From a virus (taxonomy: Duplodnaviria > Caudoviricetes), in the IMG/VR virus record IMGVR_UViG_3300034073_002120: DNA of 64,000 bases. One strand, written 5' to 3'. A model generated the notes under the pieces. It was given only the letters and a program-made list of their open reading frames with translations. It had not been told where the DNA came from and did not search any database. A program made the translations under genes and the position numbers. Below are positions 9,839-18,824 of this stretch, piece by piece (the first letter of the stretch is position 1; each line of letters starts with the position of its first letter).

Positions 9839-10990
9839 TTATCCTATGTATATCGCAAGTGGAACTTTATTTAATATTTTTTGTTGATGGTCTATGATAT
9901 TTGATTCATTTTCCATTCTTTGTTTTTTACTAACCTCTTCTAAGTTTTCTCTTAATTGAGTCATCAATCCTTCTTTTTCTGTTTGTGCTTCTGCTCTTAA
10001 TGCTGCACCATCTAAAGAAACATCAGAACCAGGAATTGGAATAGTTGAATATTTTTCTCTAATTGCACCTAATAATTCTTTTGCAAGTGCAAGTGTATAT
10101 TTTCTAATCCATTGCTTACCAACATCGTTTATTGTAGAATATGTTTTAAAATTATATCCAACATTTGAGTAATCACTAACTACATTCGGTCTTACTACTG
10201 TTGCACCTTCTCTAAAATCTTTCTTTACAATATATTCAAACCAAAGTTTACTATCAGTTGTTGGTATTGGGAATATTTGTAATTTATTATTAGTAATATT
10301 AAATGTATGTGCAGATTTTCTAATTTGGTCATTAAATTCAATTGCTTGAATTCTTAACATATCTTCATACATTGGCATTAATACGAATTGTGCGGCTGGT
10401 GAGAACGAACCAAATCCGAATTCATCAATTAAGTTTAATGTACCTTGTCCACTTACTGAATAAGGGTCAAAGAATCTATTAATTGCAGGGGTTGGTTCGT
10501 GGAATACTCTTGTTATATCAATTCTTTCACCACTTTCACTTGTATCACCCCAAAGAGCCTGTAAATCATAATCTTGTCTACCACTTGTCATATCGATAGA
10601 ACCGCTTTTCACATCAATATTACCACCTACTCCTGCAAGTGTTCCGTATGAATCTGCAATGGTGATTACATTATGCAATTCACTACCTAAAACTGATGCA
10701 GATGAAAAATCTTTACTTAATTGTTGTCCTTCTAATGCACCTAAGTTTTGTCTTATGTTAAATTGATTGACTTGTGCAGAATATTCACTTACCGCTTCTT
10801 CAAAAACAGCAAAGAAACTACTTGATAATAGTTCAATATCAACAATTGGGTATCCTAAACGTTGTGCACACCATACTGCAACCTTTGGTGCATCAGATGT
10901 GAATTCCGAATCATTATCATATATACCGAATGGGGTTGAACTACCTGATGTAAATGTTGCTACACCTGTCCATACTCTTGATTGAGACAT
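9839..10990 (-). CDS. Putative neck/head-tail adaptor protein (gp13-like)
   Basis: RLGYPIVDIEL near the N-terminus and WIRKYTLALAKELLGAIREKY...DGAAL..EA..EKE.L near the C-terminus. Confidence 0.65.
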   Translation of the reverse strand: MSQSRVWTGVATFTSGSSTPFGIYDNDSEFTSDAPKVAVWCAQRLGYPIVDIELLSSSFFAVFEEAVSEYSAQVNQFNIRQNLGALEGQQLSKDFSSASVLGSELHNVITIADSYGTLAGVGGNIDVKSGSIDMTSGRQDYDLQALWGDTSESGERIDITRVFHEPTPAINRFFDPYSVSGQGTLNLIDEFGFGSFSPAAQFVLMPMYEDMLRIQAIEFNDQIRKSAHTFNITNNKLQIFPIPTTDSKLWFEYIVKKDFREGATVVRPNVVSDYSNVGYNFKTYSTINDVGKQWIRKYTLALAKELLGAIREKYSTIPIPGSDVSLDGAALRAEAQTEKEGLMTQLRENLEEVSKKQRMENESNIIDHQQKILNKVPLAIYIG

Positions 10991-11036
10991 AATTTACTCT
11001 CCTTAATACAATTATTCACATATAAATATAAAATAA

Positions 11037-11066
11037 CAAAAAAGGGAGTGAATTGCTCCACTCCCT
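11037..11066 (-). terminator. Rho-independent terminator with GNRA loop
   Basis: The minus strand reads AGGGAGTGGA-GCAA-TTCACTCCCT-TTTTTG. Confidence 0.85.
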
Positions 11067-11089
11067 TCTAATAATCCGTTTATATTTTA

Positions 11090-11461
11090 CTATCCCAAAT
11101 TTACCAATTTATATTTTGTAGTATATAGTAGTTTAGCGATATTATCTAATTCATTTTGAATCCAACTATCTTTTAATTGTTCAGATTGACGTTCAGTTTC
11201 TAAGAATTTAATTAATTTATCAAAATATGCGATTATATTTTCCTTTGATGAGTCAGTATCAAGTCCGTTTACTGGTTTAAATGTTATAATTCCGTATTTA
11301 CCCTGATAAGCTTCTAATAATTCATCCATTAAATCTAGTATACTATCATAGTATTTATTTAACGCTTTATGCATTGAATATGAACCAGGACCGGTTACTC
11401 CTAAATGGAATACGTGGGTTTGTGTTCTACTATGAAAGAATATTGATGCTAATTTTTCCAT
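11090..11461 (-). CDS. Small helical phage protein (ferritin/Dps-like, DUF5856-type)
   Basis: HSRTQTHVFH, HKALNKYYD, D.L.EAYQGKYG and QNELDNI..L...T.YKL form a four-helix pattern. Confidence 0.6.
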   Translation of the reverse strand: MEKLASIFFHSRTQTHVFHLGVTGPGSYSMHKALNKYYDSILDLMDELLEAYQGKYGIITFKPVNGLDTDSSKENIIAYFDKLIKFLETERQSEQLKDSWIQNELDNIAKLLYTTKYKLVNLG

Positions 11462-11500
11462 TTATTTTTTCCTTTTTTATATAAATAAGTATAAATCAAA

Positions 11501-12244
11501 CTAAAAAAGAATGTTTTTTATTTTTTGTGATGAAAAAATACTATTTAAAACATCATTTCCAATTTCAGATTCCCATTTTATTGATATTCTTTGCATTTGT
11601 GGGTGATAAAATTCTGATAGGTGAGTTTTTACAAAATCATGATTACACATAATGGTTGGATGACCATCTTGTTGACCATTTAAAAGGATATATGATGTTG
11701 GATTATATGTTTGTGAAAATTTATGTAATTTTTCAATAGTATAAACTGATTTTGAATAATCATCTAATAAGGTTAAAATATTCTCATCTACATTTAACAC
11801 ATTTCCCTCATCAGTATTCAATAATCCAAACGCTTCTACTATTTTATATTTACAACCAATATTATTTAAAATAGATTCAATTGTTTTAACACTAAACCAA
11901 GTGTTATAAATCGAATGTATATCATTCCACACTTCCCTTACAAATGTTTTACCAAAAATATGTTCTGAATTATAAATGTTTCCATTTAAGTTAAATTTAT
12001 TAATACGAGAATCGTAAATATCTAAACGATTTGCACTACTTAACATGATTATTACATCATCATCCTTTGTAAGATTATATTTTAAATGTGTTTCATATAA
12101 TTTTAAGGCTATATAATAGTTTCCTGCACCTGCGTGACCTAAATTATGAAATTCTTTATAATTTGTACCTATAATATCGGCCCATGTAGGCCATTTGTAT
12201 TTTGTAAAACTACATCCAAATGTGAATAACCTTTTATTTTCCAT
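11501..12244 (-). CDS. SGNH/GDSL-like hydrolase or acyl-transfer protein
   Basis: Block I FTFGCSFT, block II NLGHAGAGN and block V DGHP. Confidence 0.6.
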   Translation of the reverse strand: MENKRLFTFGCSFTKYKWPTWADIIGTNYKEFHNLGHAGAGNYYIALKLYETHLKYNLTKDDDVIIMLSSANRLDIYDSRINKFNLNGNIYNSEHIFGKTFVREVWNDIHSIYNTWFSVKTIESILNNIGCKYKIVEAFGLLNTDEGNVLNVDENILTLLDDYSKSVYTIEKLHKFSQTYNPTSYILLNGQQDGHPTIMCNHDFVKTHLSEFYHPQMQRISIKWESEIGNDVLNSIFSSQKIKNILF

Positions 12245-12256
12245 ATTATTAAATAT

Positions 12257-12280
12257 AAAAAAAGGGAGATTTCTCTCCCT
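12257..12280 (-). terminator. Rho-independent terminator closing the small-gene island
   Basis: The minus strand reads AGGGAGA-GAAA-TCTCCCT followed by a T run. Confidence 0.85.
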
Positions 12281-12319
12281 CTAAATCTAAAATATATGAA
12301 AAACAAAAAACAACTAATC

Positions 12320-12586
12320 TTAATATTCAATCATCGAAACCGGAACGTTGTATGAAGCAAATCCACCAATTACTCTTAGATTGGCTTTTGTTCGGTTGAT
12401 TTTAGTAACCTCTAACTCTCTACCCATCAACTTAGGGTGATTTACTTTTACTTTCATACCAATCTGCAATCCCATTTTCTTTTCTAAGGATTGAATTGTA
12501 CGTTTTGATTTAATCAACTCAATAACCATTTGGTTGATGTTTCTTAATTCTTCTACTGATAATTTTGATAATTCTGAATAATTCAT
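12320..12586 (-). CDS. Small hypothetical protein (SH3-like beta C-terminus), probably early
   Basis: ORF track. It has an A-rich SD-less leader taaaacataaaagacATG downstream of a host-type promoter. Confidence 0.7.
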   Translation of the reverse strand: MNYSELSKLSVEELRNINQMVIELIKSKRTIQSLEKKMGLQIGMKVKVNHPKLMGRELEVTKINRTKANLRVIGGFASYNVPVSMIEY

Positions 12587-12624
12587 GTCTTTTATGTTTT
12601 AAAGGTTAATCTCTTATTACAAAG

Positions 12625-12656
12625 CTAATATAGGTAATTTATTTGATATTTCCAAA
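12625..12656 (-). promoter_or_regulatory. Bacteroidota-type primary-sigma promoter (-33/-7), likely early
   Basis: The minus strand reads TTTG-(20 nt)-TATATTAG. The Bacteroidota consensus is TTTG-N19-21-TAnnTTTG. Confidence 0.7.
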
Positions 12657-12672
12657 TTATTTACCATTTTTT

Positions 12673-12963
12673 TTACAAATATTCTGGTCCTGTCCATTTA
12701 TATTTTGCAGTTCCATCAAATATATTTCCTCTACTATGTTTGGCAGGGGCTCTCCAACTTGCTGGTTTCATTAAATCTCCTTTTTTGATTGGAATACCTT
12801 GAAACTCACCATCAAACATCGAAACAAACCCCCAAACGTGACTCCCATTTTGTATTTTCATAAACTTAGAGCCTTTTTTAGCAACTAAGGGTGACCAACT
12901 ATATACTTTACCCTCAAACTCCTTATTAACACCATCTAACCAAATTTCAAATTGCGTTTTCAT
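12673..12963 (-). CDS. Conserved small phage protein of unknown function
   Basis: ORF track. The GDLMKPASWRAPAKHSRGNIF motif recurs in many phage hypotheticals. Confidence 0.7.
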   Translation of the reverse strand: MKTQFEIWLDGVNKEFEGKVYSWSPLVAKKGSKFMKIQNGSHVWGFVSMFDGEFQGIPIKKGDLMKPASWRAPAKHSRGNIFDGTAKYKWTGPEYL

Positions 12964-12975
12964 ATCTTTTATATT

Positions 12976-13203
12976 TTATTTTAACCATAAATTGTAAACA
13001 TAATCATAACTTACCTCCATACTCTCAGCAAGTTTCTCAAACAATCGTTCTCTGATGATACTATCACCAACACCAATATATCGGTAAACATCACCACCGA
13101 TAATCAATTGATTTAATAGACCAGGAAAGGTTGGAGTTTCGTTAAGTTCTAATCCCAATTCATCAGTTGGGTAGTTTTCTAAATAAAATTCTTTAAGTTT
13201 CAT
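12976..13203 (-). CDS. Small hypothetical protein
   Basis: ORF track. It has the same taaaacataaaatATG leader. Confidence 0.65.
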   Translation of the reverse strand: MKLKEFYLENYPTDELGLELNETPTFPGLLNQLIIGGDVYRYIGVGDSIIRERLFEKLAESMEVSYDYVYNLWLK

Positions 13204-13231
13204 ATTTTATGTTTTAAAGGGTAGTTGTAAT

Positions 13232-13402
13232 TTATAAATTATTTACTTTTCTGATTCTTGCTATTAGTTTTTTCTCTCTTAGTGTAGCATTATAATATTG
13301 TTCAACTAATTCTAATTGTTCATTTGTCAATGGGTATTTAAATACTATAAATTTAACCCATGTTAAGAATATCTGAATGTTGTAGATGATGAATCGTTTC
13401 AT
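13232..13402 (-). CDS. 56-aa hypothetical protein below the ORF-track cut-off (MKRFIIYNIQIFLTWVKF...RKVNNL)
   Basis: Hand translation. It has the same taaaacataaaatATG leader as its neighbours and is the first gene after the promoter at 13442-13473. Confidence 0.6.
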   Translation of the reverse strand: MKRFIIYNIQIFLTWVKFIVFKYPLTNEQLELVEQYYNATLREKKLIARIRKVNNL

Positions 13403-13441
13403 ATTTTATGTTTTAATTGTTTATCTCTCAATCTTACATAG

Positions 13442-13473
13442 CTAAACTACACATTTTTTACCAATTTTCCAAA
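13442..13473 (-). promoter_or_regulatory. Second Bacteroidota-type promoter, likely early
   Basis: The minus strand reads TTTG-(20 nt)-TAGTTTAG, followed by ct(a/t)tgtaa as in the copy at 12625. Confidence 0.7.
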
Positions 13474-13532
13474 TATTTTATCACTTTTTTTTCAATTATT
13501 TTTGGCCATTGATAATCAACTAGTTATGGGCA

Positions 13533-13560
13533 TAAAAAAGAGGTAAAATTACCCCTTTTT
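13533..13560 (-). terminator. Terminator overlapping the GIY-YIG stop codon
   Basis: The minus strand reads AAAAAGGGGTA-ATTT-TACCTCTTTTTT. Confidence 0.6.
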
Positions 13561-14112
13561 CACAAAATTTCCCTTATCATCTCTCTTCATTACCCTATTA
13601 CTCAAAAAGGCCCTTCTTTCATCATACATCCGTTGACCGGCTTCCTTTCCGTTCCTATCTATGTACCATTCTAAGGAGAATCTACCCTTAGCCTTCTCTT
13701 TTTGTTTCAGTTTTGCCTCCTCTGAATGGGATTTGCCGAACATACCATTCTTATCACCCTTTGTAAGTTCTTTCATCTTAGATACGAATTCAGTATATTC
13801 ATCAGTATCTCTCCTACCATACCATATATCCCCACCTTCACCTTTATATATTGCGTTTAATCCTCCCTTTACTGAATTGTATGCAAGTATTAGTTCTTCT
13901 TCTACTTTTACGGATTCTTTTGGGTCTACCTCGCATATAATTTCCTTTTTAAAATTATCCCATCCGTATTTACGAACTGCTTTGTATAATGGAAAATCTA
14001 ATTTCTTATGATATGCTGCTCTATAATGACCATACATTCTATCATCGAAATCAAAAGTACGTCCAATATATACCTTTCCGTTGGGTGATGTTAATTTATA
14101 AATTATATCCAT
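13549..14112 (-). mobile_element. Free-standing GIY-YIG homing endonuclease with NUMOD3 motif
   Basis: N-terminal IIYKLTSPNGKVYIG and NUMOD3-like GMFGKSHSEEAKLKQKEKAKGR. It is flanked by terminators directly after the capsid gene. Confidence 0.85.
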
Positions 14113-14158
14113 AAAACTTTCTTTTTATATAAATATAGTTCTTTGGAGTAAACCGCAT

Positions 14159-14185
14159 AAAAAAAGGGAAACCGAAGTTTCCCTT
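14159..14185 (-). terminator. Terminator after the major capsid gene, cUUCGg tetraloop
   Basis: The minus strand reads AAGGGAAAC-TTCG-GTTTCCCTT-TTTTT. Confidence 0.9.
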
Positions 14186-14221
14186 TTCTATTATGGAATC
14201 GTTAGTTCGATTACATTAAGA

Positions 14222-15841
14222 TTAAACTGAAGCTAAATCTTTGATGTAAATCTTGCCGTAGAATTCTGGACGCACCATCTTCTTAGCGTAACGAGTCATA
14301 ACACCACGTCTTGGCGTGAAGTTAGTTGGGTCGTACACTAATGGAGTCATAATTAATGGAACGTATGGAGCATATACCGCACCAGTCTCTAAGAATGATG
14401 AACCTTTGAAACCTAACAATACTTCGTTAGATGTCATGTAAGGGTTCTTGTAAACTGTGTAACGAGATGCTAAAGAACCTACTTGAGAAACACCAGCTGC
14501 GAAAGATGTAGCATCTTTATCAGCATTAACTGTAAATCCTGGAATTGATTCTAAGATTGTAGCAACATCTGGAGATACAACGATGAAGTTTGCACCACCA
14601 CGTAATGTTAATTGGTGAATTTTGTTAGATACTTTGTTAATCTTAGTTCCTAAAGTTTGGAACCAAGTATTTTTTTGGTATGCCAATGAAGACGAACCTG
14701 CTGACCAAGTACCTGATGTAGAGTTGTACTCTTCACCGATAGTTGCTGACCAATAATCAGTTGTTAAAGCGTTTGCTTTTAACATATCTAAGATTTCTAA
14801 ATCGATTTCTAATGAAATGTATTCAGACAACATAGAAGTTAATTCAGCTTCAGCATCGATTGAGTGGTAAGCGTTTAAGTCTTGTGCCAACTCTGGTGTC
14901 CACACTGCTTTTAACTTACGAGTCTTAGCCACGATAGCCTCTGAACGTAATTCCAAATCAACTTCTGGAATAGCGATATCAGTTGCTGGTTCTGTTGGAG
15001 TAGCATCTTCGAAATCACCTCTTGTTGTAGAAGTTGGAGCCAAAGAATACTTAACTGTCAACGCAGTTTTAGTAGCTACAGTTGCAACTTTCGCGAAGAA
15101 AATTACGTTAGCACCAGAAACTTGTGAGAATTGTGGATAGAATGTATCTACATCAGCAAAACCAGATGCAGAGATGTGGAATGAACGAACTGCTTCATAA
15201 TCAGCTGCAGATGCAACGTTAGATTTTGCAATTGTAATCTTAGCAACTGCACCAGCTGCGATAGATGAAGATAATGCAGAATCATATCCAACTTCTGACC
15301 AAGATGCTGTTGCATATGTTTGGTTAGATGTAGAAACCGATACTGATTGGTCGTTGATTGTGTAAGAATATCTTCCTTCACCATAAAGACCGTTTACTGC
15401 TGCTTTAGTTCTACCGAAATCACCATCGAATGCAGAAGTTCCATTACCACCAAATAATGATTTACCATTAAATTTAGTATCACCTTGAACTGCTGTTCCG
15501 TATTTGAAATCTAGATAGAAGATAAGACCTGATGGTAAGTTCATTGGTTGAACTGAAACGAATTCTTTCGCTGCGATTTCACCAAAAATACGTCTTACCA
15601 ATGGTAATGCTACACCAGACCACTCTTCTGAACCTGCAGAAGTACCAGTTGCTGTTGCTTCATCCAATAATTGTTTAGCTTGGTTCTCTAATAGAACTGC
15701 TACTTGAGATTGCTCTCTTTCTTTTAAACCTTCTAAAAGACCAGTTTTTTCCCACTTATTCTTCAATTGACGTGTTTCAGCCAACATTACTGATTGTGGG
15801 TTCTTGCCTTCCATAAGTTTAGATAAATTAAAATTTGCCAT
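14222..15841 (-). CDS. Major capsid protein, T4 gp23-like
   Basis: KWEKTGLLEGL, VSVQPMNLPSGLIFYLDF, AKTRKLKAVWTPELAQDLNAYHSIDAEAEL and YAPYVPL...FTPRRGVMTRYA. SD AAGGAG. Confidence 0.97.
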   Translation of the reverse strand: MANFNLSKLMEGKNPQSVMLAETRQLKNKWEKTGLLEGLKEREQSQVAVLLENQAKQLLDEATATGTSAGSEEWSGVALPLVRRIFGEIAAKEFVSVQPMNLPSGLIFYLDFKYGTAVQGDTKFNGKSLFGGNGTSAFDGDFGRTKAAVNGLYGEGRYSYTINDQSVSVSTSNQTYATASWSEVGYDSALSSSIAAGAVAKITIAKSNVASAADYEAVRSFHISASGFADVDTFYPQFSQVSGANVIFFAKVATVATKTALTVKYSLAPTSTTRGDFEDATPTEPATDIAIPEVDLELRSEAIVAKTRKLKAVWTPELAQDLNAYHSIDAEAELTSMLSEYISLEIDLEILDMLKANALTTDYWSATIGEEYNSTSGTWSAGSSSLAYQKNTWFQTLGTKINKVSNKIHQLTLRGGANFIVVSPDVATILESIPGFTVNADKDATSFAAGVSQVGSLASRYTVYKNPYMTSNEVLLGFKGSSFLETGAVYAPYVPLIMTPLVYDPTNFTPRRGVMTRYAKKMVRPEFYGKIYIKDLASV

Positions 15842-15875
15842 TTTATTTTTCTCTCCTTAGAATTTTTTGTTTTGT

Positions 15876-16967
15876 TTATTTAATATTTGCTAACTTTTTA
15901 AATCTTTCAGCCATATCGTTTGATTCGTTGATAATTGCAGCCTTTGGTGCAGTTGAAGCAACTTTCTTAGATGCGAATGATTCAGTTATTTTGTTTGTTT
16001 TTACCTTCTTAGCAGTTCCACCGATTTTCATCGATTCAGCTAATGTTGCGAAAACTAATTTTACTTCTCTAACATTTTGTGTTCTGTCTAATGTTTCAAC
16101 AACTTTGTGTTTTTGTTCGTTTGTTAAATCATAAGAACGGAATAATTTGTTAGTGTAAAGTAACTTTGCGTTTAACAAGTTTACTTCGTTGATTGTAGAT
16201 TTCAAAGATTTGATTACTTTGTAAGCTTCTTCTAATTCTTGTTCCATTTCTGAAACTTTATCAGATTCTTCTTCTTCACCTTCTTCTACTGTCTCTTCAT
16301 CATCTCCGTATCCCATTTCACGTAAGATTTCTTCCAAGTCGATTTCGTCTTCTTCTGAAACTTCAGCTTCTGGTGCAACTTCTGCATCAACTGCAGGAGT
16401 TTCATCTTCTTCTGAAACTTCAGCATCAGCTGCTGGAGCTTCAACTTCATCTTCTTCTGAAACTTCGTCAGATTCAGCACCCAATTCATCTTCTAATTCT
16501 CTGATGATTGATTCTAAATCTAATTCGTCTTCATCTTCTTCTGCAATTGCACCCGTTGGGTCATCAATTACACCATCTTGGTTTTCATCTTCTTCACCTT
16601 CTGCAAGAGGCATATTTTCGTCCTCTTTACCTGGTTCAGCTGTTTCTTTTTCTGTGTCACCTAATTCAGTGTGAGCATCAGTTGCAATTCCTTGTGGTTC
16701 ATCACCATCAGTTCCACTACCATCTTGTCCTTCGCCTGCACCGATTTCTGATGAATCGTTTGCATCAACATCATCAGCACCATACTCTTCATTTACATCA
16801 GCTTCTTCCTCTTCACCTTCCATTTCTGCTTGAAGTTTCTTAGATAGAATTGATTGTAATCTCGGAGTAAAAGCTTCTTCTAATGCGATTTTAGCGTTAG
16901 CAATAGCAGTTTCACGTACGGCTTTAGCATCAGCAATTGCGTCTTTTAACAATTTTGAGTTTGCCAT
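15876..16967 (-). CDS. Prohead core/scaffold protein
   Basis: Highly acidic centre, coiled-coil termini and LNEVNLLNAKLLY motif, immediately upstream of MCP. Confidence 0.8.
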   Translation of the reverse strand: MANSKLLKDAIADAKAVRETAIANAKIALEEAFTPRLQSILSKKLQAEMEGEEEEADVNEEYGADDVDANDSSEIGAGEGQDGSGTDGDEPQGIATDAHTELGDTEKETAEPGKEDENMPLAEGEEDENQDGVIDDPTGAIAEEDEDELDLESIIRELEDELGAESDEVSEEDEVEAPAADAEVSEEDETPAVDAEVAPEAEVSEEDEIDLEEILREMGYGDDEETVEEGEEEESDKVSEMEQELEEAYKVIKSLKSTINEVNLLNAKLLYTNKLFRSYDLTNEQKHKVVETLDRTQNVREVKLVFATLAESMKIGGTAKKVKTNKITESFASKKVASTAPKAAIINESNDMAERFKKLANIK

Positions 16968-17037
16968 TTGTTTACTTTCCTTTACTTTTTTCTGAAAATA
17001 TTAAGGGAGATTTTCAATAGAATGTGTTAGGTTAGTT

Positions 17038-17110
17038 GTTCGGTCACCACTTATATAAAAGGGTATTCATTAACCAACATTTAATTTTAAATCCACAATA
17101 GAGGTGGATT
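17038..17110 (-). promoter_or_regulatory. Structured 5' leader of the scaffold/capsid operon (two hairpins)
   Basis: Hairpin AAUCCAC/GUGGAUU (17090-17110) and bulged hairpin GUUGGUU...GACC-G-AAC (17038-17078) in a 206-nt intergenic gap. Confidence 0.45.
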
Positions 17111-17173
17111 ATTTGAAAATAAATATATAAATGTTTATAGAAACATTAAATTTATATTACTTTTTTAAAAATT

Positions 17174-17476
17174 TTATTCAAAATTTTTATCTTTTTGGGG
17201 TTTTTGTTCGTCTTTACCCTTTTTCTTTCTTTTTTTAGTGAAAAAACGTATTGTTCTATCACCTTCTGCTATTTTTTGTAGAGCAACTCTTTTTTGTTCC
17301 TCTCTAACAGCTTTTTGTTTTTGTAACCTTCTTTTGGTTGTAGGTTTAACGTATTCTTTTCTTTCTCTTAATTCTAAAAGATGTCCAGATTCATTTACCT
17401 TCTTTTTGAATTTCTTTAAGGCCTTTGCAATGTCTCCATTACGAACCTCTACTGTAACTCTTGATAATCCGCTCAT
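17174..17476 (-). CDS. rpsU: Phage-encoded ribosomal protein bS21 with basic C-terminal extension
   Basis: V.VRNGDIAKALKKFKKKV...G.L.ELRERKEYVKPTTKRR is the bS21 signature. It sits inside the head module. Confidence 0.92.
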   Translation of the reverse strand: MSGLSRVTVEVRNGDIAKALKKFKKKVNESGHLLELRERKEYVKPTTKRRLQKQKAVREEQKRVALQKIAEGDRTIRFFTKKRKKKGKDEQKPQKDKNFE

Positions 17477-17534
17477 TAATTTAATTTAAATTGTTTTGTT
17501 GTAACTATTTGAGAATAAGTATGTCTTTTAAAAA

Positions 17535-18806
17535 TTATTTGCTTAAAAGGAACAATGCTTCTTCTGCTTCTTGTTGATTTTTAATTTTTGGGTCTTTATA
17601 CATATCAACTTTGTATCCTCTTAAAGCATTTGATAAAAATATCATATACTTAGGATGACCTAATTTCTCTTCTAACGCAGATAATGAATCATAAAACTTT
17701 TGTTCGTTTCCATTATTCATTTTTTCTGCAGTTTTATATTCATCTTTGTGATTATTGATATAAGATGCTTTAGAATCAGAATAACCATGCGCTGCTTCGT
17801 TTACTGATTCGAATAATCTAACTGAAAGAATAACATCATTACCGATTTTTAAGTTTCTTACTTTATTTCTTTCTAAATCGTATGATGGATTTATAGTTTT
17901 TGCTATAGCAATCACACCATTCTTAATAAAGTGTGGTTGAATACCTGAATAATTATCATCTCTAAACATAAATACATTTTCTGGATTATCCTTAGAAATT
18001 TTAATTAGTTTCATTAAACCTGTTTTACCGACATAACATCCACCTTCACATTTAGTTCCACCATAGGTTTTACCTTTTATAAATGATGTTTCATTTACTG
18101 ATTTTTCTTCTTTAATATATTTTACAGATGAATTTGAACCATCGGTAAAAAATACATTATCACCATCAATCATTTTTACTTTTCGTCTAAATGGTCCTTT
18201 TTTCCCCAATGCACCTTCCCAGTGTGGGTTGTCAACTTTAACCATTTGACCAACTTTGATTTCTTCGTTTACCGAATTACATCCACAATCAGTAGATTCT
18301 TTAATTGATTCATTTGTAGGTACACAATTGGGAACTTCTTTACCATCTTTCATTTTCATCCCAACTTGCTTGTATCCATCCCAACAAGGAGATGCTTCTT
18401 TAATACCCAAACGTTCTTTCATTTGGTCTTCGGAAATTTCACCAATTTTATAGTAACGAGATAGGATATGTCCCATATCTTCGTATAATCCATGTAATCT
18501 TTGGTCTAAGTTTTTTGCTTCAATTGCTACTTTATCAAATTGACTACCTAATTTCGCCAATTCACTCATATTTCTTTTCACAGTTTGTGCATCAAACCAA
18601 TCATCGGATTCGTTTACCGCTAATTCTCTAGCTGCTTCAGTAATTCCACCTAAAACTTCTGCGATTTCAGCAATATCAGATTTTCTATCCATCATTTCTT
18701 GATACTTGTTGTATGTAGAAACGATTTCTAAGAAATGTTTTTTTACTTCATTCGAAAATTTCTTTGGTTCTTCACCTTCTTTAACTATATTTGATAAACG
18801 TATCAT
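17535..18806 (-). CDS. Modular putative internal-head protein with repeated (E/K/N)SVNE junctions
   Basis: N-terminal MIRLSNIVKE, a CWDGYKQVGMK...VPNCVP module and three SVNE junctions. Confidence 0.6.
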   Translation of the reverse strand: MIRLSNIVKEGEEPKKFSNEVKKHFLEIVSTYNKYQEMMDRKSDIAEIAEVLGGITEAARELAVNESDDWFDAQTVKRNMSELAKLGSQFDKVAIEAKNLDQRLHGLYEDMGHILSRYYKIGEISEDQMKERLGIKEASPCWDGYKQVGMKMKDGKEVPNCVPTNESIKESTDCGCNSVNEEIKVGQMVKVDNPHWEGALGKKGPFRRKVKMIDGDNVFFTDGSNSSVKYIKEEKSVNETSFIKGKTYGGTKCEGGCYVGKTGLMKLIKISKDNPENVFMFRDDNYSGIQPHFIKNGVIAIAKTINPSYDLERNKVRNLKIGNDVILSVRLFESVNEAAHGYSDSKASYINNHKDEYKTAEKMNNGNEQKFYDSLSALEEKLGHPKYMIFLSNALRGYKVDMYKDPKIKNQQEAEEALFLLSK

Positions 18807-18824
18807 TCTCTCTCCTACTATTAT

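Noticed and set aside
16968-17173. tRNA or other known ncRNA in the larger intergenic gaps (also 3650-3807 and 51704-51895)
   Set aside because: I found no T-loop GTTCRA motif or cloverleaf on either strand by eye; tRNAscan and Infernal were not run.
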